Part shown: positions 1 to 11,318 of the stretch, one piece after another
Layout of the letters: each line of letters starts with the position of its first letter
Position numbering within the stretch: the first letter of the stretch is position 1
Source of the DNA: Acanthaster planci
Lineage: Eukaryota
Length of the DNA: 64,000 bases
Assembly (NCBI RefSeq): GCF_001949145.1
Contig: NW_019091360.1
Location: 1,485,599 to 1,549,598 of the forward strand
Reading direction: 5' to 3'
Made by a program: the position numbers and the translations under genes
The notes under the pieces: generated by a model
Told to the model about the DNA's origin: nothing
Seen by the model: the letters and a program-made list of their open reading frames with translations, nothing else
The model's database searches: none

Positions 1-165
1 CATTGAAAATAAAAATTACACTGCCTGGACCCCTTAAGTGTCTCTCAAATCTCTCTTTTTCTTCACCGCGAGGGAATCTGCACAGTGAATCCCCTGACAT
101 TTACGACTAATTCTTTCAAACTTGGGGGGCATTTGTACTGATGCATGAGTTCATTCTGCACTCAC

Positions 166-3100
166 TTTTTCCGTTCTCTTGGCCACGTTCTGCCAGGTGT
201 AGACGCCTTTCATTGTCTCATAGACCTGCTGTGCTGGTACGTGGCTTCCCTCCCTCTGTCTGGCAACGGCAACTTCCAAAGCTTCTACTAAAGCTGTTAA
301 AATTCATCGACATACATCATTACAGTTTTATGCAGCCATTTTAACAACAGAAAAACAAATGGTGCTCAATACTCCCAGAAGACAACGTTAGCAAGAAACA
401 AAGAAATGGAAAGAAAAAAGAAAGAAAAGAAAAAAAACAATGCAAAGTTTTGAAGTTGACTTTGGAGAGAAAAAATTCCACCATTTTTTCCCACCATAAA
501 ATCCTCACAATTTCATATGATACCACATTCAAGCGCAAGTTGTCTTTAGACAGATGTGCAGTACTTCTTTGAATTCCTCTTACATTTGACACTTGGCTCG
601 GCAAGAATGATAAACTCCTCCGGCAGCACTTCTGGGACTCCGCCTACTTTGGTACTGACGACCTGCAAACTAGAGGGAAAACACATACCCGGTGATCTGC
701 ATGACATGACGCGATTCCCAACAGGTCAGCATTCTGTAGAAACACACTAAAACATAAAATGATACATTACATTGTGGGAAAGCCTCCTTGAATCTGGAGA
801 GAAACTTGAGAGCATCGTTGGGGGAGAATCGCCCCTGCACATCAGGCTATGAGACCAGTTTTGACAGCCGATATCAGCCTCTACCCTCATGGGCACCCAC
901 TTCGTCTTCCTGGCTGGAGCGAGGCAAGTGGGGTAAAAGGACTTGCCCAAGGTCACAACATGTCACCAGCTGCTGGATTCGAACCCCAGCCCGATAACTG
1001 AGAGTCACACCCCCTGACCACTAAGCTACACGCCCCTTACAGATAATGTTACAGTGACTTCCAAGCCTATGTAACCACTGCTACTGCCACTATCAAACCA
1101 AAACTCACCCACAGTATGCAGCCTCAACAATGGCCATGCAGAAGGCTTCGGTCAGTGACGTATTCAGGAATATATCTCCTTCATTTAGGACCTTGAAACC
1201 AACAATACAGAAGTCTTACATTTCAGATTGCCACGTCAGGCTTTACAGACAGCAGAGACAATTTCAACTGATGAGCATGCACCAAGAAATTAGGGGTCCA
1301 AAAGTGTGGCATTTCTGTGTCCCTGTTACGTCTGACCTTTGTTATTTGACATGGAAATATCACTGGAATTGATTTCAATCTATTACTTTTTGTTTGGCAG
1401 GCAATTTGCAATAATTCATCACTCTTGGAAATTGGGAAATGTGATCTGAACTTACAAAATCATATGTCAGATGTGACAGGGACACAGAAAAAAAATGAGC
1501 CCCTAATTTCTAGAATTACCCCTAGAACAACAAAACCCAGGAGTGAAAAGAATTGAAATTTCACAGATGTACGACTCTATACGCAGATCAAGTTTGAGAA
1601 ACATTGATCGTGGGACAACCAAGATCTCAGGTGCCCCCTCCCCATCATGAAAACATCCAAAACACTTGGCCTTCTTGGAGTTAACGCGCATCTTACATCT
1701 TTAACATTGCCATGTGGTAAAGAGCCTAGCATCCTGACTCGATCTTGCAGCTGATAGTTCTCTCTCACTTCCTCGATATCTATCCTCTTGGGTCCGTCCC
1801 CTCCTTCAAGATCAAACACAGAAACACTTTTTAGTGTCTTCCTGAAGGGCGACAAGCGTTGGACTTTGACATTTGTAGTTCTTGTGGCATCGAGAAAAAG
1901 ATGTCAAATATACATTTAATTTTGTACAGATGTACAATATGATTTGCACAGAGCTGTGGTTTCCAGTGACAATACAAATTTCACAACCCAATCTATGTCA
2001 TAAAAATTCATGGTAATGAGTTCAATATAAGGAAATCCTTCAGAATTTCTCACGCAAAGAGTTTTGACGTGCTGACCAATGCCCCTTAAACAATTGACGG
2101 TTGGACTAGCCTGATCAAGCATTAGGAATCAGACCTCTGGGGCATGTTGCAAGTTCGATCAGGACCATGGTTCACCATAGTTCGACAAACTTGGATCGAA
2201 TGCATGCTAGTTGATGGTTGGACAAGTCAACTATTTGTGATCAGCCTACAAAGGTCTGTTGAATTGTTGCTTGCAGTGCTGTGGCCGTTTTTAATAGCAC
2301 AGTGAAAAGAGGACCAGTTATCAAGAAAAAAAAAGGCAGAAAGACTGCACTGAGATGTTTCCGTCAGAAGCAGTAAACGATCATTTTGCGATTCAGATTT
2401 TTTTGGGGTTACTTCGCCTTTCTTTGATTTGACAATAGCTCAACTAAAGTCATTCACACTTCAACTTCACTGCACGTGTGCGAGCTGCATCACAAATCAA
2501 CCAATAGTTAACTACTAATCTTTGATCGAATGAGCCATGTTGCATCGCTGGTTATTCACAACATTTTTTTTTTAAATTAAGCACAGAGGGAATTGTAACA
2601 ATTGCGTGAAATGACAGAGAGTGATAGAAAGACGCAAACAAGGACAAACAGGAGACTGACAACAGGACTTTTGCTGGCTCAGCAGTCTCATTCCAAGTTG
2701 GACATTACTGCCCTTGCACCATATTAACAGGCAATCAACCATTCTCCAGAGTTCCCGCCTTCACACATCATCAGACTAATCCCTNNNNNNNNNNNNNNNN
2801 NNNNNNNNNNNNNNNNNNNNNNNNNNNNNNNNNNNNNNNNNNNNNNNNNNNNNNNNNNNNNNNNNNNNNNNNNNNNNNNNNNNNNNNNNNNNNNNNNNNN
2901 NNNNNNNNNNNNNNNNNNNNNNNNNNNNNNNNNNNNNNNNNNNNNNNNNNNNNNNNNNNNNNNNNNNNNNNNNNNNNNNNNNNNNNNNNNNNNNNNNNNN
3001 NNNNNNNNNNNNNNNNNNNNNNNNNNNNTGGTGCTACCGCAAACCTACTTTCTATTAGGCAATCAACCAGTGATCAAACTATGGCTTGTATTTGCTCTTG

Positions 3101-6100
3101 CTCATGAATACACTGGAGCTATGACCAACCTATCAGGAAGTCAACATCGTCGTGTCGCTGGCAGATTACGGGGATGACACCGGCAAGAAGGTCCATGCCT
3201 TTCCTGTACACAAGGCGACTGACGACCACGATGGTTACTGCATACAATGAAGAGGAAAAAACACAAACTAATGGTTTTAAGGTCAGTAAGACAACTACGT
3301 GCTGAACAGCTGAGAGTGGAATTTGATTCCACGATGGGGTGTACACAGACTCTAATGTGACCCGCTCTGCAAAAAAGGGTACGAAGGGACACTGTGCTAT
3401 TTCACACTAAGGGCTTTTTTATGTGGACAGGGTGATTTTTTACTTCCTGGTTTATTGGCTTCTATTACATCAGTGCAAGAAACCTAACTGTTGCTATGGG
3501 TATCAAGAGACTTTTTCTTGGCTGATTTCTTTTTCCACTTCCTGTGTTTAACGGGCTTTGTTTCTGAAAGTAATTCTGTTGCTGTGTATGATATGATTAT
3601 GCAGAAATGAATATATCCAGATTGCAAAATGCCACAGGGTTCAAACCTACACCAAATTAAAGCTTATAATGTAACCTATTCAAAAGTGTATGTGACTCAC
3701 TTTGCAAAAATGTCCCATAATACCCATTTTTGTGGAGCTGGTCACAAATCATAATGTTTATTTGGTTAAGATATTGTGTTTCGTCACCAATCGGAACTCT
3801 ATTAAAGTTGGATTACATGAACTACATGTAAGTGACTATCTTGGCTGGGAGTGGACAGGCAGGTATTTTTTTTTTTCGCTGGAAAGGGAAAGGCAGATAT
3901 TTCACTCAAGATGAAACTCTGCTATTGGAATCAACAACAACAATTGATGAATGCTCAAGGAAATTTGGGGAAAGAGCACACGGCAGTTCAAGTTCCCAAG
4001 TGATTCACCTACTTCTGTCCGGGTTCCTTCGAGAGAGGTCGGGCATGAAGACACTGGAGTCGACTGCATTTGGTATGACGGACACGATGTCCGGTGGTAG
4101 ACAGGCCCTCAGAACAGTGTTCTCCTTGCTATATGATGGTTATAAAGATATCAACATATCAGATAAACCTCATCCCAGACTGCTGAGGGTCGAGATCTGG
4201 CTTGATCGAACTGTCTGCTCCGAGAAGGCACTTTTTATTTCGGAATGACATCANATTTGTGCACATTTGTGCCGTAAACCCAAAAGAGGGTTAAAGTTGG
4301 ATTACATGAACTACATGTAAGTGACTATCTTGGCTGGGAGTGGACAGGCAGGTATTTTTTTTTCGCTGGAAAGGGAAAGGCAGATATTTCACTCAAGATG
4401 AACCTCTGCTATTGGAATCAACAACAGCAACAATTGATGAACGATCAAGGAAATTTGGGGAAATATGTGGGAAAGAGCACATGGCAGTTCAAGTACCCAA
4501 GTAATTCACCTACTTCTGTCCCATTTCCTTCGAGAGAGGTCGGGCATGAAGACACTGGAGTCGACTGCATTTGGTATGACGGACACGATGTCTGGTGGTA
4601 AACAGGCCCTCAGAACAGTGTTCTCCTTGCTATATGATGGTCATAAAGATATCAACATATCAGATAAGCCTCATCCCAGACTGCTGAGGGTCGAGATCTG
4701 GCTCAATTGAACTGTCTGCTCCGAGAAGGCACTTTTTATTTCGGAATGACATCGCTTTGGGAGGAATTCACGACTTTTGCATCAAAGTTCATGTTTGCTT
4801 GGCGCAAGCCACGCTGGGCCCACACAGCCAATTTCTGCACAAATGCATGGTCTTTGGGTGTGCGCCTGATGCATGTTCAAGCCGAGCTAAGAAAACGTCC
4901 CACCAGTTTGTCTTTTCTTTTCAAGTGAGGGGGGTGTTCCTAGAGTGGACATGTCAGAACAGCCAGAAAAAGATGACGAGATATTTAGGGATGCTCAGCG
5001 TCAGCCACATCAAATGCTGTTTAACCTCAAACATAAATCTGAGTATCGGTATTTTGATAAATTTGTCGTTTGATGTCTTTTATCCAATTATCGCAGCTGT
5101 GGGTCCCCCTTAAAATCAAGATTGAACCGTACAACGAGGTGAGTTTAGAGGAGGAAAAGAAATCCATGGAACATTTGACAGAGGAGTTGTAGCTGTGACA
5201 ATAAGATGCAGTACTTTGATTTAATAGGAGCTTTCAGTAGAACGAAGGCATATATTCACATCCTATTAGCTATGCTTATGTTCATCTCACACTTGGTTTT
5301 TTATTGGTACAACGGGCACAAAAGTAGAAAACCTGAAAAGCACTCTGAAATTCTAGACTGTTGAGTAACATATTGATTTTGTTCGCCTAAATTATTTTTT
5401 TCCAGTCTCAAACTGTACCCCTCAAAGAAGTCCTAAAGAACTAAATGGGCGCTTTGGTATCAATGTACCTTGTGTGGGAGACGCATACAACGTGGTTGAT
5501 ATCGGCGAGTGTGAAGCTCAAGAGTTTGTTAGTGAGGATGGAGCTGATGTCGGCAAAACCGAAGAGGGAGTGATCAGTGAAGACTGTCTTTAAATTCATG
5601 GCACGGCCGTGGATTAAGGCTTCGTGGGCCATGGTGGAAAAGGCCTGAAATATGTCAAAATTAAAAACAGAGGGTGAACAGGAGAATGCCAAAACTGAAA
5701 TTGTGTAGAAATTCTTGAACTCTCCAAAGTACGTCAACCACTTCTTGCAGAATGATGTGTTTTGAATGCAGTGACGTCCTGTGGCAGTCGAACGGAGGAT
5801 GTTTTGGGCGAATTCAATATAGGTCAAGACTTATCCCCATGCTTGAGTGACTCCTATTGAGTTCGTACACATGCCAGGTTCAAGCTTGCCCGTGGAAGTT
5901 GAGCATGTTCCGAGCCTCCAAGCCACGCCTGGGCATTGTAGAAAATTTTGCTCTGCGACACTGTTTCAGAGTTTCCAAAAAGTAACAAGGTGAGAAATGT
6001 CATAAATATCTTGACCAAATGGCCACCAAGGGTCAGCCCAGCCTTGGTAACGCCCAATTTTGTGAGAGACTGTTATCGTTGTGCACAAGTGAAAAAGTCA

Positions 6101-9100
6101 CCTGCTTTATTGATCACTTAGATTTTCATCTAAAGGGGATTGAGCGAAACTACATTGTGCAGCTCTGAAGAAATAAGTCGGCACCAGAATACCAGGGCGC
6201 TCAAACTTCAGCTCACCGAATGGCCATGGATGATGGTGATCTGTTCCCTGATGAAGATGTAACGCATTAATGCCATGGTTCCAAACACCGTTGGAAACAC
6301 ACACTCATTGTAGAACACCACAAAGGGTAGATAGTATACCTACAGAAGAGTTAAGCAACCAAACATTGAATATATACGAATGGCATAGCACCTGGGGAGA
6401 TGGTTGAGGGGAATAGCATAGCACCTGGGGAGGTGGTTGTGGGGGATAGCTGAGGTGGTTGAGGGGAATAGCATAGCACCTGGGGAGATGGTTGGGGGAG
6501 TAGCATAGCACCTGGGGTGGTGGTTGGGGGAGTAGCATAGCACCTGGNGGAGATGGTTGAGAGGAATAGCATAGCACCTGGGGAGGTGGTTGGGGGAGTA
6601 GCATAGCACCTGGGGTGGTGGTTGAGAGGAATAGCATAGCACCTGGGGAGATGGTTGAGAGGAATAGCATAGCACCTGGAGAGGTGGTTGGGGGAGTAGC
6701 ATAGCACCTGGGGAGATGGTTGAGAGGAATAGCATAGCACCTGGGGAGGTGGTTGGGGGAGTAGCATAGCACCTGGGGTGGTGGTTGAGAGGAATAGCAT
6801 AGCACCTGGAGAGGTGGTTGGGGGGTTTTAGCCTCCCAATATTTGGCAAATAATAATATTAATGTGTCCCGTCTGCGGAAAACCATTTTTTTCCCCACAA
6901 AAGCCTATTTTGCACCAGCGCAAATCTCAAACGGGTGACCATAACTAAAAATCATGTAAATTCTGTTAAATGGGCCACTGAGAAGAAAAGGTGCCTGTTG
7001 CCCAATACTGCCCCTTTGAACAGCACTGTCGGAGAAGAGTTACTATAGCTCATGCATATTCATGATTGACCCTCAAAGTCTCATTGGTCCCTTCACCACC
7101 ACCATATACCAGTCGCTATTTGTTGTTGCCATACCTCATACATATTCATGATCAAGGGCCGAACTCTGACTGGTCCATTCACCATCACATGCCAGTTGAT
7201 ATGTTTGCTGTTCACCCAGGCCCTCAAAATAAGAACCCACACAAGTCAAATAGGTACCACTATGTTCCCTAGAAATGGTTCATGAAACTGTTACACGGGT
7301 CAAGTACGCAAGCGTGCTACACACGAAAAGACGGCAGCAAATGTACGCACTGCCTTTCCCTCGCTCCCAAAATTTTTAATGGCAAAGGAATATGTCTGAG
7401 GTATGGTAAATGTTAACAAATGTAAGATGGCATAGGCTATTTTGGGTGGAAAGTTGACTTCAGCTCCCCTCATTATTAGCGGGGCTTCAGAGACCGGTTT
7501 GTAAACTTCAAATACTGCACCTCGAGGAGCAAAACTTGACTGTCCACCCTGAAACCATGTAATATCTGTATAGAGCACTGAAGTGTGACGTCATTTAGAA
7601 CTGGAAAGTGTAGTGCAAACAAATGGAGTACATGTACGTGTTTGTGTACTGGTTCTCATGCTGATGCCTTTTACACCAATAAGTGAGTGAACGACATACG
7701 GTATTCACCTTGGAACTCTGGACTGTTTACCGGGCACCCACCAGAGAATCCACGCACAATTCAAACACACAGGTAGATTGAACTGTTGCCTGGCTAACAC
7801 GACCAACCATCCTCAAATCATGTGCATTTGTATGCTGGTTCAAATGTTGGAAAGGTGTATCACAGAGGCATTTATGTTACACCTCACATTTTAATACAGA
7901 AAAAATAGACTAACTGGATCCAATTTAGGTTTCAACTTGAAATGGGTATCTCCGTCTGTACCTTTAGGTTGTTGGCCATGTAGTGTACCCCAACACGGTC
8001 GCCGTAGGAATGGGTGACCACAATAACCTGGATTATTGGAGAAAACAAAAATTGAAACTATGAAGGAGGCCTCACAGACCATGTCATAACAATATCTCAC
8101 TCCTACAGAAATACAACCTTTGGTTGATTGAATTTTCTTGTACTAAATCGTTTTGCATATATTCAAACTTCTGTCCCAGCAAATTTTGATTTTATTTTTT
8201 TTTTACATCAATGAGGATTTGCTGTATGAAATACCAACATGTATCAGTTTTTAGATTTGGTGCTGATCCTGGAAAAATATACCACAGTTACGTACAGGCA
8301 CTCGCCGCTTGGAACTTACTTTGTGGCCTCTCTGGAGAAGGCACTGCGAAAGTTGGAAGATGTGATTCTCCACTCCTCCCGTGTTGGGGAAGAAGAAATC
8401 GGACACCATGCTACAACGAAGAACACAGATGCAGTGGTGTTGAAATTACTGACAGAATACCAGCTACACTGCAGTTTACAAAGATTGAGAGGCAATCAGA
8501 TGAAAGTATATCACAAGGTTTATAGGCTCATCTTATTTTGACTGCTGATACACCAATTATGCCTGCCAAGTCATGTGACCTGTAGAGGGTATCAAACATC
8601 AACAAACACGGCGTCCTCCCATAGCAAAATGTGTTTTAACTTTTTAGTGTTGTTTATAAAAAATGAAGACCATTTTTGGCATATTACTCAGCGAGTGCCA
8701 AAAAACAATTTAGCAGTGAAAACTTAGAAAATACAGAATTGTTCAGATTTTTTCTCATACGGGTTTGTGTACAGAGTATCAAGTGGCATCCATAAATGGA
8801 ATTCTTTCCATTTGACGGGTATTCAAGGATATGTACTGTATCACACTAGGGCCTAATTTCATGGCGCTGCTTACAGCAGAATTCCGTGCTTACAATCTCC
8901 ATTCTGCGCTAACCGCACTACCAGAAAAATTCTGCGCTAACCTTTTAAGCACGGAATCCTTAGTTACGGGATGTACATGTACGCATGTGCGCAAGCCAAA
9001 ATTCCTTGCTAACCTGTGAAATATGTTCACCGTAAGCACAGAATTTTCTGCTACGGTATAAGTGCCGATTTTTCACTTGCGGTAAGCAGCGCCATGAAAT

Positions 9101-10190
9101 TAGGCCCCGCTGTTAAGTTCCGCCTTGAATTTTGTGCCAACTCACTGTACTCGGTCCTGAGTTGATTTGCCTTTGAATGAAACCCACTTGTAGGATACTC
9201 AACTCGGGAAGGAGGACAATCAATCTGCACAAGAGTCAAAACTATCATGTGATTTCGCTGCGCCATCAGTCAGCAAAGATCCCGCATGAAACGTCTGACT
9301 TTACTTCCCTGTTTTTGAAATAATCACCACTTTCGGAGTACACATGGTGTTTAGTCGCCATGTGTTGGGCAAGGAACAAAACTGGTTCCTGCCGTCATTG
9401 TTATCTACGTGCATGCGGGAACCAGTAATAATAATGTTTGGTGCGCGTGTGCATGATTGCAGTGCTAGAAGAGAAATCATACAACTGGCATCTAACCAGT
9501 GAATTTTTTTTTCAAAAAGTAATTTTTCCCCCCCCAAAAAAATATTTAGGGCTTTTCTATGCAAATACATTGTTGTACATGTAATAGAATCTGACATAAG
9601 ATATTGTGAATTCACTGTTCCAGGTTGGCGCCTGGATTGGTGATGGTACATGTTGTCATTTTGCAGTCTTCGCACGCCTACCTATCCCCTATACCCCTAA
9701 AGGGATAAAGCGACAGCATAAATGATGCGACAAAGAGCTATGAATGAAGATGCATCAGCATATGTAGTCTGGTTTCTTGACCTGGAACCATAAAAGTTTC
9801 TTTAATGATATTCAGCATATCAAAAGTGACTAAGTCGGGTGACAAGATGCGAAACAAAATGGCAATGCGGTCGTATTTCGCCGAACTCTTGTAAAAAGAA
9901 TTCTGGTACTATGTGAAGAGATCTCACTGGTTGAGTTGCCTCTCTGTCAAAGTCGAGTTGTCCTAACGGACGACTTGGCAAACGGTCGAGTTGTCCGACA
10001 TCAATTTGGGGGGACGACTTGACCCGGGGACGACTCGACCCGTTAATTCCACGTAGAATTTTCTGAACGTCATTAGACTAGTACTCAGTAGTAACTAGTA
10101 TCATAGTACTCGTGACCGTGCTGACTGAATTAAACTGTCCCTAAGCCAACAACACAGCTTACAGGTAGCTTACCATATCCTGTGCTTCAT
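166..10190 (-). CDS. PIGA: Phosphatidylinositol N-acetylglucosaminyltransferase subunit A (GPI-GnT catalytic subunit), spliced; 3' part continues beyond the left window edge
   Basis: Exons in transcript order, all GT-AG with matching phases: 10174-10190 (MKHRIC); 8320-8410 ([30 protein letters not shown]); 7962-8027 ([22 protein letters not shown]); 6217-6339 (VYYLPF...IIHGHS); 5469-5644 ([10 protein letters not shown]...[12 protein letters not shown]...CVSHT); 4514-4629 or its duplicate 4013-4128 (KENTVLRA...VIPNAVD); 3130-3237 ([13 protein letters not shown]); 1697-1803 (GGDGPKR); 1109-1191 ([20 protein letters not shown]4 EX7E motif); 584-669 ([16 protein letters not shown]); 166-293 ([12 protein letters not shown]). 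The motifs match PIG-A/Gpi3. Confidence 0.96.
775..1035 (-). mobile_element. tRNA-derived SINE-like repeat in a PIGA intron
   Basis: Reverse B-box (ggattcgaacccc) and A-box-like region (accactaagcta), plus the core 'aaggacttgcccaaggtcaca'. Related diverged copies lie at ~31490-31630, ~38680-38878, ~45030-45300 and ~55760-55990. Confidence 0.6.
1285..1520. mobile_element. Non-autonomous TIR element (MITE); a second, inverted copy is at ~58068-58305
   Basis: Ends 'aaattaggggtcc...' and '...gagcccctaatttc', with internal inverted 'tgtgtccctgt' and 'acagggacaca'. The same motifs occur at 58071-58300. Confidence 0.6.
2785..3028. other. Assembly gap (N run) in a PIGA intron
   Basis: Run of N. Both flanks share 'ggcaatcaacca', which suggests a collapsed repeat. 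Confidence 0.95.
4013..4128 (-). other. PIGA: Second intact copy of the 116-nt PIGA exon, inside a ~460-500 bp tandem duplication (~3803-4253 vs ~4292-4752)
   Basis: Same TATAG| acceptor and |GTAGGT donor as 4514-4629. It encodes ...LSRRNPDR versus ...LSRRKWDR. A single N at 4254 lies at the junction. Confidence 0.85.
6383..6825. repeat. Minisatellite with ~31/33-bp units (GCATAGCACCTGGGGAGGTGGTTGAGAGGAATA and a shorter ...GGGGGAGTA variant), roughly 14 copies
   Basis: Directly visible tandem array. It produces the repetitive spurious ORFs at 6305-6898. Confidence 0.95.
8849..9107. mobile_element. MITE with ~27-bp TIRs (GGGCCTAATTTCATGGCGCTGCTTAC), Harbinger-like
   Basis: Left 'gggcctaatttcatggcgctgcttac', right 'gtaagcagcgccatgaaattaggccc'. 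Related to the element at 34300-34540. Confidence 0.8.
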
Positions 10191-10317
10191 ATCTCTTGCT
10201 TCAAACGGACGAAACCCAAAAGAGCAACGACAGGAATTCAGAAGGAAAAGTGTTCACTAACAACGGATAAAGTCGAAGGGGGGAAACGTGCGGATCGTGG
10301 GCGCGGCCATTTTGCAC

Positions 10318-11318
10318 GGTGTCAGGTCAACTCGCCCCTTACTGACTCGCCCCTTTCCAACTCGCCCCCTCGTAAACTCGCCCCCGACCGACTCGCCTCT
10401 TACCAACNAATCACTTACAAGTAGGCTAATCTTGTTGAAGCATGGAGGAAGGAACACAAGTGACCCGATATCTAGTTCTGTTGTTATGTACCCAGTTCAG
10501 ACAAGCGCTGGCCGGCCCGGCCGGGCAGAGTCGACCCAAAATGTTTAGATTTATTTTCGTAATTTTTTTGGGAGTGATTTTAACTCGTGATATTCGTATT
10601 TTTCTTCCTTTTTTTGGAATTAAATATCTTTGAGATTGTTTTTAATTTCTTTACTAGTAACTTAATGTATATTCCTCCGGTAGCTTTTTTAATTAAACGA
10701 TGTCATGTAGTTGAGAAGACATTCCAATCTTGTCAATTTCCTTTTGGTGTTTCCCTATCTAGTTATACCTGACTAGAATAATTATAACTTACCCCTTTGC
10801 CATAAATCCTGTCTCCCTAACACTTCCATAGGTTTGCGTTGCCGGACATTATGCCTAATATGTACCATTTTTTTATCCGAAATAGTCCGCAAAGTTAATT
10901 AATATGGTAGAGTGTGGGTGTTGTGGCGCACAAAATCCCATAGACAATACACAGGAAACGCTGCGCCATGGCCCATACACACGATAATACTGAATTAATT
11001 TTACCAATATCAAAAAAATATTGTTACCCCCCAAATTCCACAGAAAGGAAATATCCACCAAGCTTTAAACATTTTAACTATCATAATTCTCAACTTTGAG
11101 TGCCCGCGGCAAACCCCAGAATCTATTTTTAAGGGCAGCAATCACCGATTCCATCCCTGACTGATTGTGTTTTTTATTAAATGGTGAATGGGCCGGCCAT
11201 ACGTGCTTGGATAACTTAGGGGGCGAGTTGGCGAGGCGGGGAGTCAGTCAGGGGGCGAGTCGGTAAGGGGAGAGCCGGTAAGGGGCGAGTCGGCCAGGGG
11301 GCGAGTTAACCTAAAATC
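10318..11318. mobile_element. Foldback-type non-autonomous DNA transposon with modular TIRs (~15-bp ACTCGCCCC subrepeats) and 8-bp TSD TTTTGCAC
   Basis: Left end ggtgtcaggtcaactcgcccc followed by 'ctcgcccc' subrepeats. The right end has the inverse 'ggggcgagt' subrepeats and finishes in ggggcgagttaacctaaaatc. TTTTGCAC is repeated at 10310-10317 and 11319-11326. The interior is AT-rich and non-coding. Confidence 0.8.

Noticed and set aside
3832..4710. Plus-strand ORFs repeated twice (RAHGSSS...LRVEIWL)
   Set aside because: They are the antisense reading of the duplicated PIGA exon region.
6383..6825. CRISPR-like array of ~32-bp repeats
   Set aside because: The units are contiguous with no unique spacers, there are no cas genes, and the array lies in a eukaryotic intron.
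6305..6898. Three overlapping 149-197 aa ORFs
   Set aside because: They are translations of the intronic minisatellite, open in all frames and with no domain.
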